Assembly (NCBI GenBank): GCA_040954595.2
Contig: JBECUI020000029.1
Location: 1-64,000, forward strand
Direction of reading: 5' to 3'
DNA from: Balanoglossus misakiensis
Taxonomy: Eukaryota > Animalia > Hemichordata
Length of the DNA stretch: 64,000 bases
Shown in pieces: positions 37,105-52,808 of this stretch; position 1 is the first letter of the stretch, and each line of letters begins with the position of its first letter. Below the pieces are notes generated by a model. The model was not told where the DNA came from and searched no databases. It saw nothing but the letters and a program-made list of their open reading frames with translations. A program made the translations under genes and the position numbers.

Positions 37105-37603
37105 ATAAACTGTCCTTTTCATGACGACAGTGATTTTGGATATTTGATGTGCGTGCACAGTTTATATGTAATATTTTCACACGAACGAGTTTTGACTGAA
37201 TTTGATTAAAGAATGTACTCGATAATTAACAAATGTGCTGAATCGTGGTTATTATGTTGTTAATTTTTGTTTGTTTGTTTGTTTGTTTGTTTGTTTGTTT
37301 GTTTGTAAACAATTTCCGTTCATTCAACTGGCTACAAAGTTGGATTTTTGTACTGGGAAGCGATAAACTCGCACATCAAAACCGGGGAGACTCGATCATT
37401 TTTCCCTGCAGGTAGCCTGAAAAGCACCCGGGCAGAGATTACGTCATATATGGTCCACTTTAATACGAAATTATGCAAATGTGACATTTCACGGAAACGG
37501 CGTATATAAAAGCGACCCTGGGCTATTGTTCGGAATGCGTCATCGACGAGAGAGTGACTGATAATTCTTCTACCTCGAGTCAACCATTCTGTATATACTG
37601 AAC

Positions 37604-38944
37604 ATGGCTAGCTGGCGCAGGAAGAGACAAGGCAATGTGCGGTCTGTAATCAACGAACGGCACCGCTCAGTTCAGTGTCCCTTTCTTCAAAAGTGGATCG
37701 GTGAGCAATTGGTATTTTCAGGTCGTTCAGAGGATGAAGTCCAGTCCAGTACTGTATTTGAGAGCTACAAATGTTGGGTTGAAAACTATTCGTCGGCGGA
37801 CAATCAAGTAATGATTATGGTTACTAAAGCTCGATTTTTCAAGGTGAGAATGATCGCATTTTTCTTTCCCCCCCCCCCCTCCCTCCCTCCCTCCCTCCCC
37901 CAAGGGACTCGTTTTCTGTCTCTTTTAAACCTGTAACTTAACGAAAAGGAAGTTTTTCACATATCTCTTCGTTGACACTATAGCAATTTGGAGCGCGGAT
38001 GCTTCAAGAGAAGAGCGTTACCAAATCAAAGTCGGCCGGGGTTAATATTTATAGAGGTGTTCGTCTGAAAGCTGGTTCGCGAAGAATCTCAACGGGGAAA
38101 CCTGAGCACAGTGTACTTCAGACCAGGGCAAGGGCATTTCTTGATGACGCCAGCGTGACCGTTCCGATCGAGGTAAGAATGGTGTTTTGTTTGGACTAGG
38201 ACAATAGAACGTTGCAATGAGTGTGTCAATGGGTGTCCAAGTGCAAACGTGGTCTGCTTCTGTCCACAAATGCCATTAATTTTTGGCAGGATTTATAAAA
38301 TTGTCAATGAAGAATACAAAAATGAAAAACAACAGTTAATAGCAAACTGGTAGGATTGCAAGGGCTTGTAAAACGGTACACACTGTACCAGGAAGTTTGC
38401 AACACTAATGAAGAATGTATATGATATATTTAGGTGAGAACTGTTCGCGATCGCCGGGACGCAGGACGGTGCGCGTTTTCGACGAGGGATATTCAAGCCT
38501 GGGACGTCGTCTGCGAATACCGGGGCACGGTTATTAGCGTTGAAGAAGCTAGTCGGCGTGATGAGCTTTACAGGGCAGAGGGGAAACGACCACGCATGTT
38601 CCATCTCTACATTGGAAAGAGACACGTTGTGTGAGTGTATCACTTAGTCGAATATATGGTCATATATTGCAAAGCATCTGTCGAAATAGAAAACGTAATA
38701 TTGTCTATATTTTCCTCATTAACGCAGCATTGACGGATACGATGTCCCAGCCGGTGAAGAAAATTTAGCAGGCCTAATAAATCACAGTCAGCAGAACGCC
38801 AACTTGGTACCGGTTCGGATCGGAGAGCGCCTGGTTTTCTTTGCAACCAGGAATCTTTGTCAGGGAGTAGAGCTTTTGTATGATTACGGTGACGGGGGTG
38901 AAGAGGATTTCTTCAGTGGTTCTCAAACTTTTCCTGAAAATTAA
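37604..38944 (+). CDS. Winged-helix + SET-domain protein (4 exons), unit 3
   Basis: Copy of 2952-4292 at +34,652. Confidence 0.88.
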
Positions 38945-39850
38945 GGCATTAACACATCAACGCTTCGGGGTGTCGTAACGGCGGCGCGGCGGGGGGGGGG
39001 GGGGGGACGTGAAAATGTTTGTATCAGGAACAAAATTCCCGTGCAAATCACCTTGATCCGGGTGGGTGGACTATTCGCGACAAATGTTGAAATCATACAA
39101 AGCATTTTACTTAATTAACCCATTTTTTTCATTTATTTGTTTACAGTTTACAACGTCATAGAGAAGTTGAACTAGAGACTGGATCAGCGTGGGTGACACC
39201 ATAGTACACCAATGTTTTCTTCAGTTTGATTCAATTGTAATTTAAAACTGAGATTGCCTAACGCTTTCCCAGATTTTTTTAACCACTGAGAAACTGTGGG
39301 TTTTTTTCTGGGTTTTGGTGCGAGGTGATCTCAGTCAGTGGTGTTAATTTAATTAATCATTTTCTTTTCCTATTTACGTCGACTGAAATGTATTTTGATA
39401 GGTGATAGTCATACCATAAAAAAAATCTTACGGCGCGACTGCCAAAATGTACATTTATTTGTCCGTTCCAAGTTATTTTGTGTATGTGTGATGGGTGCCG
39501 GTGACTGTGCAGGGTTGATTTCCCTAGAGCGACTGTTATATTCGTTTTCCAACGATGATGAATTTACATGTTATTTGCTTGGCATTTTGACGCAGAGACA
39601 CTTCTGAAAACACAAACCTATTAATTATGCCACGGGTGTAAATTGATCACATTAAAAGAGGCTTTAGACGTTTGCCGCGAGCTCCTGGTGGGCAGAATCT
39701 TGTCAGCCCAAATTTGACTATAAGTACATAGCCAATGATGTGACGCTCTCCCACATCCTTCGCCGCGCCTTTTCGCTGATTTACAGCATCTTGCGTAAAC
39801 ACTGTCATTTGATCTTGCTTGGCAGAAGTCAACTTGCTCTATACTACATT

Positions 39851-40216
39851 ATGGCGGCCAAGCTCAACTGCATATCAGATAATGCCAAGGAGCGTTTGAG
39901 AGGCATCCTCGCCAGAAGGAGTCGCGTTTCCGGTGACTGTGTGCTCTGGACGGGTGCAGCTTGTCGAAACGGCTATGGCTCTATTACGTTCAGAGATGAG
40001 AACACTCTAACCGCCTATGTCCATCACATTGCACTCCTAATTAACGGAGTGCAATTGGTGGGCAGGCGGTTAGAGTGTTCTCATCTTTGCAACGAAAAGC
40101 TATGCATCCGCCCAGAGCACATTGTCCAGGAAACGCGACTCCTAAACATTTCACGAAAGACGTGCTTTAAATCCCCAAAAGGGGAGTGTCACCACGATCC
40201 CAGGTGCCTAAGGTGA
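39851..40216 (+). CDS. His-Cys box endonuclease, unit 3
   Basis: Identical protein to unit 1. Confidence 0.88.
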   Translation: MAAKLNCISDNAKERLRGILARRSRVSGDCVLWTGAACRNGYGSITFRDENTLTAYVHHIALLINGVQLVGRRLECSHLCNEKLCIRPEHIVQETRLLNISRKTCFKSPKGECHHDPRCLR

Positions 40217-41835
40217 GTAATCCTCTTCTCATTTGATATGTATTGTGTGACCCTGCAGTTGAAACGCTTTCATCAATAATTTGCGGCGCGTGGGTAATCT
40301 CGGTGTTATTGACAATGCAGCCGGCCCAAACATTTTTAAATTAACACTGTTTCTGACTGTATTAACGAAATGTCCAATTTGCAAGTAGCCTATAGACAAC
40401 CCTTTTGAATGAGTTTTGTCTCGTTGAGATTTTATACATAAGGAACAATCTAGATTTATTTTAGAAGACACTGTTCTTTTAAAACAGCTAGCATAATACA
40501 GCTAAATTTCGGAATTTCCGGACAATTTTCGGAATTCCTTTTAAATTTGAGAAATTTTTCATCAGATATAAGTGTTACTATTTATTGGACATGTTTTTAT
40601 CATTGTTTACTTTTTAAGGTCATTCTCACCCCCCCCCCCCCAAAAAAAGCCGCTTTAGGCTTCATGTTCAGTAAAAAATCTGGAAAGTTCAGCTGAATTT
40701 TACACTGATCACACATTTTTGGGAAGGTCTGGCGCAAAATAAAGGATGACAAATGTAAATCTAATGTCACATTTGTAAACCTCTAAGTATTGTACACTCA
40801 TTCTATTAAGTATATGCAAATAGTACGGATAATTTTTTCGGAATGTGGAATTCCGAAATTAGTTCGGAACGTGTTAGCAGTGAAGAGATCACCACTGAGG
40901 GTTGGAAGGCCTTGCCAGAAATTAACGCGTAAAGTACGCCCTCACAGGCCATGTAAACAAGGTCAAATAAGGCCGTCTGGCAAACGAATGATTAATTCAA
41001 CGCGCCATTTGAGCCGAGCTGAGTTGGTCTGAGTTGCGTATCACACAGACTTAGGCTGAATGTCAGTGGAGTAACCAGTCCGTTTTAGATTTACCAATGA
41101 TGTGAATTTAATTTCTTCACCCAGAAAAACAGAACACAACTTGTCTGCAACATGATGCTGGAGGTGACACATGACAGAGAAGTGGATCCGCGTTGTCAAC
41201 ACAGATGCCAGCATTCAAAAGGGGAGTGCCACCTGCTAAAATCAACTCATCTGCTGTTGGCCCATTTTACCTGTGGCAACTGTTCAGAGGAGACAACGTT
41301 TATTCCGTGCAAGCCAACACGCAATGTTGGGGTCTACCTGTCAACACAGATGCAAGCATTCATGTGAGTGAGTATCAGGACTGACCTTGTATTTGCTGAA
41401 TAATTCATAATGCCTATTTTAGAATTCTTAGAGGCATTTGGAGTTCATTGCCTGGTCAACCAAACTACACCCCTTAACAGCTGAAACAAAATGCGTATTG
41501 TGTTCATTCATTCATTGCATCAATATATATAGGCAACATGAGTATCAAGTAGCACTATTTGTTTACGATTGTATTCATGAAAACTTCCCACTAACAATTC
41601 CACAGTTAATATTGAACACATTTATCCAACAAGGTCAAAAGAAAAAGGGAATCTTCTGGTTCCAAAATACGCCACAAATGTGGGTCAACATACAGTGAAA
41701 TATTATGGTGCTCAAATATGCAACATATCAAATCTGTCTCATCAAAGTCATGCTTTAAAAAAGAATTGAAAAGGTATTATTTATCCATTTGACTGCTGTA
41801 TTTTCAGAAGGAAAACAAACTGAATTTGGTTTTTC

Positions 41836-44800
41836 AAGTACCTTATATTTTCTGTAAAATAGACATTTAATTGGCAAGCCGTCCTGCATCAATTATTAAT
41901 TGTGTACATGCACTAAAGCGCCCTCACTGCTGGGTGTGTTGTATGGTCTTTAACCCTGTTTCAAATTAGAGTACTTTCTGCAATTTCAAGACAGATCTTA
42001 CGTGCCATTGGAGAGCTCCATTGACTGGTCATTCATACTGTTTTCATTCATTCATTGCGGCATCAATATATTTTATCTATTCTAGCCAAAGAGCTTGGCA
42101 CCTGTTGAAATGAACTCATCTGCTGTGGGCCAGTTTATTGGTGGCAGTTGAGCTGAGGAGAGCACCTTCCTTCCCGGCACGCCACCAAGTAAAGTTCCAC
42201 GCCGCCCACCACAGATGCCAGCATTCATTCATGCGAGTGAGTGTAATTGCAAATTTGCCTATTCTAGATCTGTAATGGAAATGGAGAAAGTACCTTATAT
42301 TTTCTGTAAAATAGACATTTAATTGGCAAGCCGTCCTGCATCAATTATTAATTGTGTACATGCACTAAAGCGCCCTCACTGCTGGGTGTGTTGTATGGTC
42401 TTTAACCCTGTTTCAAATTAGAGTACTTTCTGCAATTTCAAGACAGATCTTACGTGCCATTGGAGAGCTCCATTGACTGGTCATTCATACTGTTTTCATT
42501 CATTCATTGCGGCATCAATATATTTTATCTATTCTAGCCAAAGAGCTTGGCACCTGTTGAAATGAACTCATCTGCTGTGGGCCAGTTTATTGGTGGCAGT
42601 TGAGCTGAGGAGAGCACCTTCCTTCCCGGCACGCCACCAAGTAAAGTTCCACGCCGCCCACCACAGATGCCAGCATTCATTCATGCGAGTGAGTGTAATT
42701 GCAAATTTGCCTATTCTAGATCTGTAATGGAAATGGAGAAAGTACCTTATATTTTCTGTAAAATAGACATTTAATTGGCAAGCCGTCCTGCATCAATTAT
42801 TAATTGTGTACATGCACTAAAGCGCCCTCACTGCTGGGTGTGTTGTATGGTCTTTAACCCTGTTTCAAATTAGAGTACTTTCTGCAATTTCAAGACAGAT
42901 CTTACGTGCCATTGGAGAGCTCCATTGACTGGTCATTCATACTGTTTTCATTCATTCATTGCGGCATCAATATATTTTATCTATTCTAGCCAAAGAGCTT
43001 GGCACCTGTTGAAATGAACTCATCTGCTGTGGGCCAGTTTATTGGTGGCAGTTGAGCTGAGGAGAGCACCTTCCTTCCCGGCACGCCACCAAGTAAAGTT
43101 CCACGCCGCCCACCACAGATGCCAGCATTCATTCATGCGAGTGAGTGTAATTGCAAATTTGCCTATTCTAGATCTGTAATGGAAATGGAGAAAGTACCTT
43201 ATATTTTCTGTAAAATAGACATTTAATTGGCAAGCCGTCCTGCATCAATTATTAATTGTGTACATGCACTAAAGCGCCCTCACTGCTGGGTGTGTTGTAT
43301 GGTCTTTAACCCTGTTTCAAATTAGAGTACTTTCTGCAATTTCAAGACAGATCTTACGTGCCATTGGAGAGCTCCATTGACTGGTCATTCATACTGTTTT
43401 CATTCATTCATTGCGGCATCAATATATTTTATCTATTCTAGCCAAAGAGCTTGGCACCTGTTGAAATGAACTCATCTGCTGTGGGCCAGTTTATTGGTGG
43501 CAGTTGAGCTGAGGAGAGCACCTTCCTTCCCGGCACGCCACCAAGTAAAGTTCCACGCCGCCCACCACAGATGCCAGCATTCATTCATGCGAGTGAGTGT
43601 AATTGCAAATTTGCCTATTCTAGATCTGTAATGGAAATGGAGAAAGTACCTTATATTTTCTGTAAAATAGACATTTAATTGGCAAGCCGTCCTGCATCAA
43701 TTATTAATTGTGTACATGCACTAAAGCGCCCTCACTGCTGGGTGTGTTGTATGGTCTTTAACCCTGTTTCAAATTAGAGTACTTTCTGCAATTTCAAGAC
43801 AGATCTTACGTGCCATTGGAGAGCTCCATTGACTGGTCATTCATACTGTTTTCATTCATTCATTGCGGCATCAATATATTTTATCTATTCTAGCCAAAGA
43901 GCTTGGCACCTGTTGAAATGAACTCATCTGCTGTGGGCCAGTTTATTGGTGGCAGTTGAGCTGAGGAGAGCACCTTCCTTCCCGGCACGCCACCAAGTAA
44001 AGTTCCACGCCGCCCACCACAGATGCCAGCATTCATTCATGCGAGTGAGTGTAATTGCAAATTTGCCTATTCTAGATCTGTAATGGAAATGGAGAAAGTA
44101 CCTTATATTTTCTGTAAAATAGACATTTAATTGGCAAGCCGTCCTGCATCAATTATTAATTGTGTACATGCACTAAAGCGCCCTCACTGCTGGGTGTGTT
44201 GTATGGTCTTTAACCCTGTTTCAAATTAGAGTACTTTCTGCAATTTCAAGACAGATCTTACGTGCCATTGGAGAGCTCCATTGACTGGTCATTCATACTG
44301 TTTTCATTCATTCATTGCGGCATCAATATATTTTATCTATTCTAGCCAAAGAGCTTGGCACCTGTTGAAATGAACTCATCTGCTGTGGGCCAGTTTATTG
44401 GTGGCAGTTGAGCTGAGGAGAGCACCTTCTTTCCCGGCACGCCACCAAGTAAAGTTCCACGCCGCCCACCACAGATGCCAGCATTCATTCATGCGAGTGA
44501 GTGTAATTGCAAATTTGCCTATTTACGTGCCATTGGAGAGCTCCATTGACTGGTCATTCATACTGTTTTCATTCATTCATTGCGGCATCAATATATTTTA
44601 TCTATTCTAGCCAAAGAGCTTGGCACCTGTTGAAATGAACTCATCTGCTGTGGGCCAGTTTATTGGTGGCAGTTGAGCTGAGGAGAGCACCTTCCTTCCC
44701 GGCACGCCACCAAGTAAAGTTCCACGCCGCCCACCACAGATGCCAGCATTCATTCATGCGAGTGAGTGTAATTGCAAATTTGCCTATTCTAGATCTGTAA

Positions 44801-47800
44801 TGGAAATGGAGAAAGTACCTTATATTTTCTGTAAAATAGACATTTAATTGGCAAGCCGTCCTGCATCAATTATTAATTGTGTACATGCACTAAAGCGCCC
44901 TCACTGCTGGGTGTGTTGTATGGTCTTTAACCCTGTTTCAAATTAGAGTACTTTCTGCAATTTCAAGACAGATCTTACGTGCCATTGGAGAGCTCCATTG
45001 ACTGGTCATTCATACTGTTTTCATTCATTCATTGCGGCATCAATATATTTTATCTATTCTAGCCAAAGAGCTTGGCACCTGTTGAAATGAACTCATCTGC
45101 TGTGGGCCAGTTTATTGGTGGCAGTTGAGCTGAGGAGAGCACCTTCCTTCCCGGCACGCCACCAAGTAAAGTTCCACGCCGCCCACCACAGATGCCAGCA
45201 TTCATTCATGCGAGTGAGTGTAATTGCAAATTTGCCTATTCTAGAATTCTTACGTGCCATTGGAGAGCTCCATTGACTGGTCATTCATACTGTTTTCATT
45301 CATTCATTGCGGCATCAATATATTTTATCTATTCTAGCCAAAGAGCTTGGCACCTGTTGAAATGAACTCATCTGCTGTGGGCCAGTTTATTGGTGGCAGT
45401 TGAGCTGAGGAGAGCACCTTCCTTCCCGGCACGCCACCAAGTAAAGTTCCACGCCGCCCACCACAGATGCCAGCATTCATTCATGCGAGTGAGTGTAATT
45501 GCAAATTTGCCTATTCTAGATCTGTAATGGAAATGGAGAAAGTACCTTATATTTTCTGTAAAATAGACATTTAATTGGCAAGCCGTCCTGCATCAATTAT
45601 TAATTGTGTACATGCACTAAAGCGCCCTCACTGCTGGGTGTGTTGTATGGTCTTTAACCCTGTTTCAAATTAGAGTACTTTCTGCAATTTCAAGACAGAT
45701 CTTACGTGCCATTGGAGAGCTCCATTGACTGGTCATTCATACTGTTTTCATTCATTCATTGCGGCATCAATATATTTTATCTATTCTAGCCAAAGAGCTT
45801 GGCACCTGTTGAAATGAACTCATCTGCTGTGGGCCAGTTTATTGGTGGCAGTTGAGCTGAGGAGAGCACCTTCTTTCCCGGCACGCCACCAAGTAAAGTT
45901 CCACGCCGCCCACCACAGATGCCAGCATTCATTCATGCGAGTGAGTGTAATTGCAAATTTGCCTATTCTAGAATCTTACGTGCCATTGGAGAGCTCCATT
46001 GACTGGTCATTCATACTGTTTTCATTCATTCATTGCGGCATCAATATATTTTATCTATTCTAGCCAAAGAGCTTGGCACCTGTTGAAATGAACTCATCTG
46101 CTGTGGGCCAGTTTATTGGTGGCAGTTGAGCTGAGGAGAGCACCTTCTTTCCCGGCACGCCACCAAGTAAAGTTCCACGCCGCCCACCACAGATGCCAGC
46201 ATTCATTCATGCGAGTGAGTGTAATTGCAAATTTGCCTATTTACGTGCCATTGGAGAGCTCCATTGACTGGTCATTCATACTGTTTTCATTCATTCATTG
46301 CGGCATCAATATATTTTATCTATTCTAGCCAAAGAGCTTGGCACCTGTTGAAATGAACTCATCTGCTGTGGGCCAGTTTATTGGTGGCAGTTGAGCTGAG
46401 GAGAGCACCTTCCTTCCCGGCACGCCACCAAGTAAAGTTCCACGCCGCCCACCACAGATGCCAGCATTCATTCATGCGAGTGAGTGTAATTGCAAATTTG
46501 CCTATTCTAGATCTGTAATGGAAATGGAGAAAGTACCTTATATTTTCTGTAAAATAGACATTTAATTGGCAAGCCGTCCTGCATCAATTATTAATTGTGT
46601 ACATGCACTAAAGCGCCCTCACTGCTGGGTGTGTTGTATGGTCTTTAACCCTGTTTCAAATTAGAGTACTTTCTGCAATTTCAAGACAGATCTTACGTGC
46701 CATTGGAGAGCTCCATTGACTGGTCATTCATACTGTTTTCATTCATTCATTGCGGCATCAATATATTTTATCTATTCTAGCCAAAGAGCTTGGCACCTGT
46801 TGAAATGAACTCATCTGCTGTGGGCCAGTTTATTGGTGGCAGTTGAGCTGAGGAGAGCACCTTCTTTCCCGGCACGCCACCAAGTAAAGTTCCACGCCGC
46901 CCACCACAGATGCCAGCATTCATTCATGCGAGTGAGTGTAATTGCAAATTTGCCTATTCTAGAATCTTACGTGCCATTGGAGAGCTCCATTGACTGGTCA
47001 TTCATACTGTTTTCATTCATTCATTGCGGCATCAATATATTTTATCTATTCTAGCCAAAGAGCTTGGCACCTGTTGAAATGAACTCATCTGCTGTGGGCC
47101 AGTTTATTGGTGGCAGTTGAGCTGAGGAGAGCACCTTCTTTCCCGGCACGCCACCAAGTAAAGTTCCACGCCGCCCACCACAGATGCCAGCATTCATTCA
47201 TGCGAGTGAGTGTAATTGCAAATTTGCCTATTCTAGAATCTTACGTGCCATTGGAGAGCTCCATTGACTGGTCATTCATACTGTTTTCATTCATTCATTG
47301 CGGCATCAATATATTTTATCTATTCTAGCCAAAGAGCTTGGCACCTGTTGAAATGAACTCATCTGCTGTGGGCCAGTTTATTGGTGGCAGTTGAGCTGAG
47401 GAGAGCACCTTCCTTCCCGGCACGCCACCAAGTAAAGTTCCACGCCGCCCACCACAGATGCCAGCATTCATTCATGCGAGTGAGTGTAATTGCAAATTTG
47501 CCTATTCTAGAATCTTACGTGCCATTGGAGAGCTCCATTGACTGGTCATTCATACTGTTTTCATTCATTCATTGCGGCATCAATATATTTTATCTATTCT
47601 AGCCAAAGAGCTTGGCACCTGTTGAAATGAACTCATCTGCTGTGGGCCAGTTTATTGGTGGCAGTTGAGCTGAGGAGAGCACCTTCCTTCCCGGCACGCC
47701 ACCAAGTAAAGTTCCACGCCGCCCACCACAGATGCCAGCATTCATTCATGCGAGTGAGTGTAATTGCAAATTTGCCTATTCTAGAATCTTACGTGCCATT

Positions 47801-50800
47801 GGAGAGCTCCATTGACTGGTCATTCATACTGTTTTCATTCATTCATTGCGGCATCAATATATTTTATCTATTCTAGCCGAAGAGCTTGGCACCTGTTGAA
47901 ATGAACTCATCTGCTGTGGGCCAGTTTATTGGTGGCAGTTGAGCTGAGGAGAGCACCTTCCTTCCCGGCACGCCACCAAGTAAAGTTCCACGCCGCCCAC
48001 CACAGATGCCAGCATTCATTCATGCGAGTGAGTGTAATTGCAAATTTGCCTATTCTAGATCTGTAATGGAAATGGAGAAAGTACCTTATATTTTCTGTAA
48101 AATAGACATTTAATTGGCAAGCCGTCCTGCATCAATTATTAATTGTGTACATGCACTAAAGCGCCCTCACTGCTGGGTGTGTTGTATGGTCTTTAACCCT
48201 GTTTCAAATTAGAGTACTTTCTGCAATTTCAAGACAGATCTTACGTGCCATTGGAGAGCTCCATTGACTGGTCATTCATACTGTTTTCATTCATTCATTG
48301 CGGCATCAATATATTTTATCTATTCTAGCCAAAGAGCTTGGCACCTGTTGAAATGAACTCATCTGCTGTGGGCCAGTTTATTGGTGGCAGTTGAGCTGAG
48401 GAGAGCACCTTCCTTCCCGGCACGCCACCAAGTAAAGTTCCACGCCGCCCACCACAGATGCCAGCATTCATTCATGCGAGTGAGTGTAATTGCAAATTTG
48501 CCTATTCTAGATTCTTACGTGCCATTGGAGAGCTCCATTGACTGGTCATTCATACTGTTTTCATTCATTCATTGCGGCATCAATATATTTTATCTATTCT
48601 AGCCAAAGAGCTTGGCACCTGTTGAAATGAACTCATCTGCTGTGGGCCAGTTTATTGGTGGCAGTTGAGCTGAGGAGAGCACCTTCCTTCCCGGCACGCC
48701 ACCAAGTAAAGTTCCACGCCGCCCACCACAGATGCCAGCATTCATTCATGCGAGTGAGTGTAATTGCAAATTTGCCTATTCTAGAATCTTACGTGCCATT
48801 GGAGAGCTCCATTGACTGGTCATTCATACTGTTTTCATTCATTCATTGCGGCATCAATATATTTTATCTATTCTAGCCAAAGAGCTTGGCACCTGTTGAA
48901 ATGAACTCATCTGCTGTGGGCCAGTTTATTGGTGGCAGTTGAGCTGAGGAGAGCACCTTCCTTCCCGGCACGCCACCAAGTAAAGTTCCACGCCGCCCAC
49001 CACAGATGCCAGCATTCATTCATGCGAGTGAGTGTAATTGCAAATTTGCCTATTCTAGATCTGTAATGGAAATGGAGAAAGTACCTTATATTTTCTGTAA
49101 AATAGACATTTAATTGGCAAGCCGTCCTGCATCAATTATTAATTGTGTACATGCACTAAAGCGCCCTCACTGCTGGGTGTGTTGTATGGTCTTTAACCCT
49201 GTTTCAAATTAGAGTACTTTCTGCAATTTCAAGACAGATCTTACGTGCCATTGGAGAGCTCCATTGACTGGTCATTCATACTGTTTTCATTCATTCATTG
49301 CGGCATCAATATATTTTATCTATTCTAGCCAAAGAGCTTGGCACCTGTTGAAATGAACTCATCTGCTGTGGGCCAGTTTATTGGTGGCAGTTGAGCTGAG
49401 GAGAGCACCTTCCTTCCCGGCACGCCACCAAGTAAAGTTCCACGCCGCCCACCACAGATGCCAGCATTCATTCATGCGAGTGAGTGTAATTGCAAATTTG
49501 CCTATTCTAGATCTGTAATGGAAATGGAGAAAGTACCTTATATTTTCTGTAAAATAGACATTTAATTGGCAAGCCGTCCTGCATCAATTATTAATTGTGT
49601 ACATGCACTAAAGCGCCCTCACTGCTGGGTGTGTTGTATGGTCTTTAACCCTGTTTCAAATTAGAGTACTTTCTGCAATTTCAAGACAGATCTTACGTGC
49701 CATTGGAGAGCTCCATTGACTGGTCATTCATACTGTTTTCATTCATTCATTGCGGCATCAATATATTTTATCTATTCTAGCCAAAGAGCTTGGCACCTGT
49801 TGAAATGAACTCATCTGCTGTGGGCCAGTTTATTGGTGGCAGTTGAGCTGAGGAGAGCACCTTCCTTCCCGGCACGCCACCAAGTAAAGTTCCACGCCGC
49901 CCACCACAGATGCCAGCATTCATTCATGCGAGTGAGTGTAATTGCAAATTTGCCTATTCTAGATCTGTAATGGAAATGGAGAAAGTACCTTATATTTTCT
50001 GTAAAATAGACATTTAATTGGCAAGCCGTCCTGCATCAATTATTAATTGTGTACATGCACTAAAGCGCCCTCACTGCTGGGTGTGTTGTATGGTCTTTAA
50101 CCCTGTTTCAAATTAGAGTACTTTCTGCAATTTCAAGACAGATCTTACGTGCCATTGGAGAGCTCCATTGACTGGTCATTCATACTGTTTTCATTCATTC
50201 ATTGCGGCATCAATATATTTTATCTATTCTAGCCAAAGAGCTTGGCACCTGTTGAAATGAACTCATCTGCTGTGGGCCAGTTTATTGGTGGCAGTTGAGC
50301 TGAGGAGAGCACCTTCCTTCCCGGCACGCCACCAAGTAAAGTTCCACGCCGCCCACCACAGATGCCAGCATTCATTCATGCGAGTGAGTGTAATTGCAAA
50401 TTTGCCTATTCTAGATCTGTAATGGAAATGGAGAAAGTACCTTATATTTTCTGTAAAATAGACATTTAATTGGCAAGCCGTCCTGCATCAATTATTAATT
50501 GTGTACATGCACTAAAGCGCCCTCACTGCTGGGTGTGTTGTATGGTCTTTAACCCTGTTTCAAATTAGAGTACTTTCTGCAATTTCAAGACAGATCTTAC
50601 GTGCCATTGGAGAGCTCCATTGACTGGTCATTCATACTGTTTTCATTCATTCATTGCGGCATCAATATATTTTATCTATTCTAGCCAAAGAGCTTGGCAC
50701 CTGTTGAAATGAACTCATCTGCTGTGGGCCAGTTTATTGGTGGCAGTTGAGCTGAGGAGAGCACCTTCCTTCCCGGCACGCCACCAAGTAAAGTTCCACG

Positions 50801-52421
50801 CCGCCCACCACAGATGCCAGCATTCATTCATGCGAGTGAGTGTAATTGCAAATTTGCCTATTCTAGATCTGTAATGGAAATGGAGAAAGTACCTTATATT
50901 TTCTGTAAAATAGACATTTAATTGGCAAGCCGTCCTGCATCAATTATTAATTGTGTACATGCACTAAAGCGCCCTCACTGCTGGGTGTGTTGTATGGTCT
51001 TTAACCCTGTTTCAAATTAGAGTACTTTCTGCAATTTCAAGACAGATCTTACGTGCCATTGGAGAGCTCCATTGACTGGTCATTCATACTGTTTTCATTC
51101 ATTCATTGCGGCATCAATATATTTTATCTATTCTAGCCAAAGAGCTTGGCACCTGTTGAAATGAACTCATCTGCTGTGGGCCAGTTTATTGGTGGCAGTT
51201 GAGCTGAGGAGAGCACCTTCCTTCCCGGCACGCCACCAAGTAAAGTTCCACGCCGCCCACCACAGATGCCAGCATTCATTCATGCGAGTGAGTGTAATTG
51301 CAAATTTGCCTATTCTAGATCTGTAATGGAAATGGAGAAAGTACCTTATATTTTCTGTAAAATAGACATTTAATTGGCAAGCCGTCCTGCATCAATTATT
51401 AATTGTGTACATGCACTAAAGCGCCCTCACTGCTGGGTGTGTTGTATGGTCTTTAACCCTGTTTCAAATTAGAGTACTTTCTGCAATTTCAAGACAGATC
51501 TTACGTGCCATTGGAGAGCTCCATTGACTGGTCATTCATACTGTTTTCATTCATTCATTGCGGCATCAATATATTTTATCTATTCTAGCCAAAGAGCTTG
51601 GCACCTGTTGAAATGAACTCATCTGCTGTGGGCCAGTTTATTGGTGGCAGTTGAGCTGAGGAGAGCACCTTCTTTCCCGGCACGCCACCAAGTAAAGTTC
51701 CACGCCGCCCACCACAGATGCCAGCATTCATTCATGCGAGTGAGTGTAATTGCAAATTTGCCTATTTACGTGCCATTGGAGAGCTCCATTGACTGGTCAT
51801 TCATACTGTTTTCATTCATTCATTGCGGCATCAATATATTTTATCTATTCTAGCCAAAGAGCTTGGCACCTGTTGAAATGAACTCATCTGCTGTGGGCCA
51901 GTTTATTGGTGGCAGTTGAGCTGAGGAGAGCACCTTCCTTCCCGGCACGCCACCAAGTAAAGTTCCACGCCGCCCACCACAGATGCCAGCATTCATTCAT
52001 GCGAGTGAGTGTAATTGCAAATTTGCCTATTCTAGATCTGTAATGGAAATGGAGAAAGTACCTTATATTTTCTGTAAAATAGACATTTAATTGGCAAGCC
52101 GTCCTGCATCAATTATTAATTGTGTACATGCACTAAAGCGCCCTCACTGCTGGGTGTGTTGTATGGTCTTTAACCCTGTTTCAAATTAGAGTACTTTCTG
52201 CAATTTCAAGACAGATCTTACGTGCCATTGGAGAGCTCCATTGACTGGTCATTCATACTGTTTTCATTCATTCATTGCGGCATCAATATATTTTATCTAT
52301 TCTAGCCAAAGAGCTTGGCACCTGTTGAAATGAACTCATCTGCTGTGGGCCAGTTTATTGGTGGCAGTTGAGCTGAGGAGAGCACCTTCCTTCCCGGCAC
52401 GCCACCAAGTAAAGTTCCACG
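41836..52421 (+). repeat. Satellite array 3 (same monomer order as array 1)
   Basis: Short-monomer positions equal those of array 1 plus 34,652. Confidence 0.95.
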
Positions 52422-52808
52422 TGCATTCCTGGCCCTGGTTTTATTTATGTTTACAGACAATATTGCATTTTTGTACAAGTATTTTAATCAACTATAAATT
52501 TTGAATGTGTCATTTACCTGAACCGGTCATGTTGACCAGAATGATACATTTCTGCCTTCACTCACCCTATAAATATGTGATTGAGACATAGGTCATTTGC
52601 ATAAGCTAACATACCAGAAAGTAAGCATATCTGTTGTTTTCCCTGTGTCACTGCCATCAAAGTAAAAATTAGACGTTGTGTAGAGCAAACTCCAATTTTT
52701 TGTTCTCAATAAACATGGATGAATTACATAGAATGTGTTTGTTGTTTACAGTCTTTAAATGACACATTAGATTATGCACTTTACAAAACGTTTCTGAGAA
52801 ACAAGTGA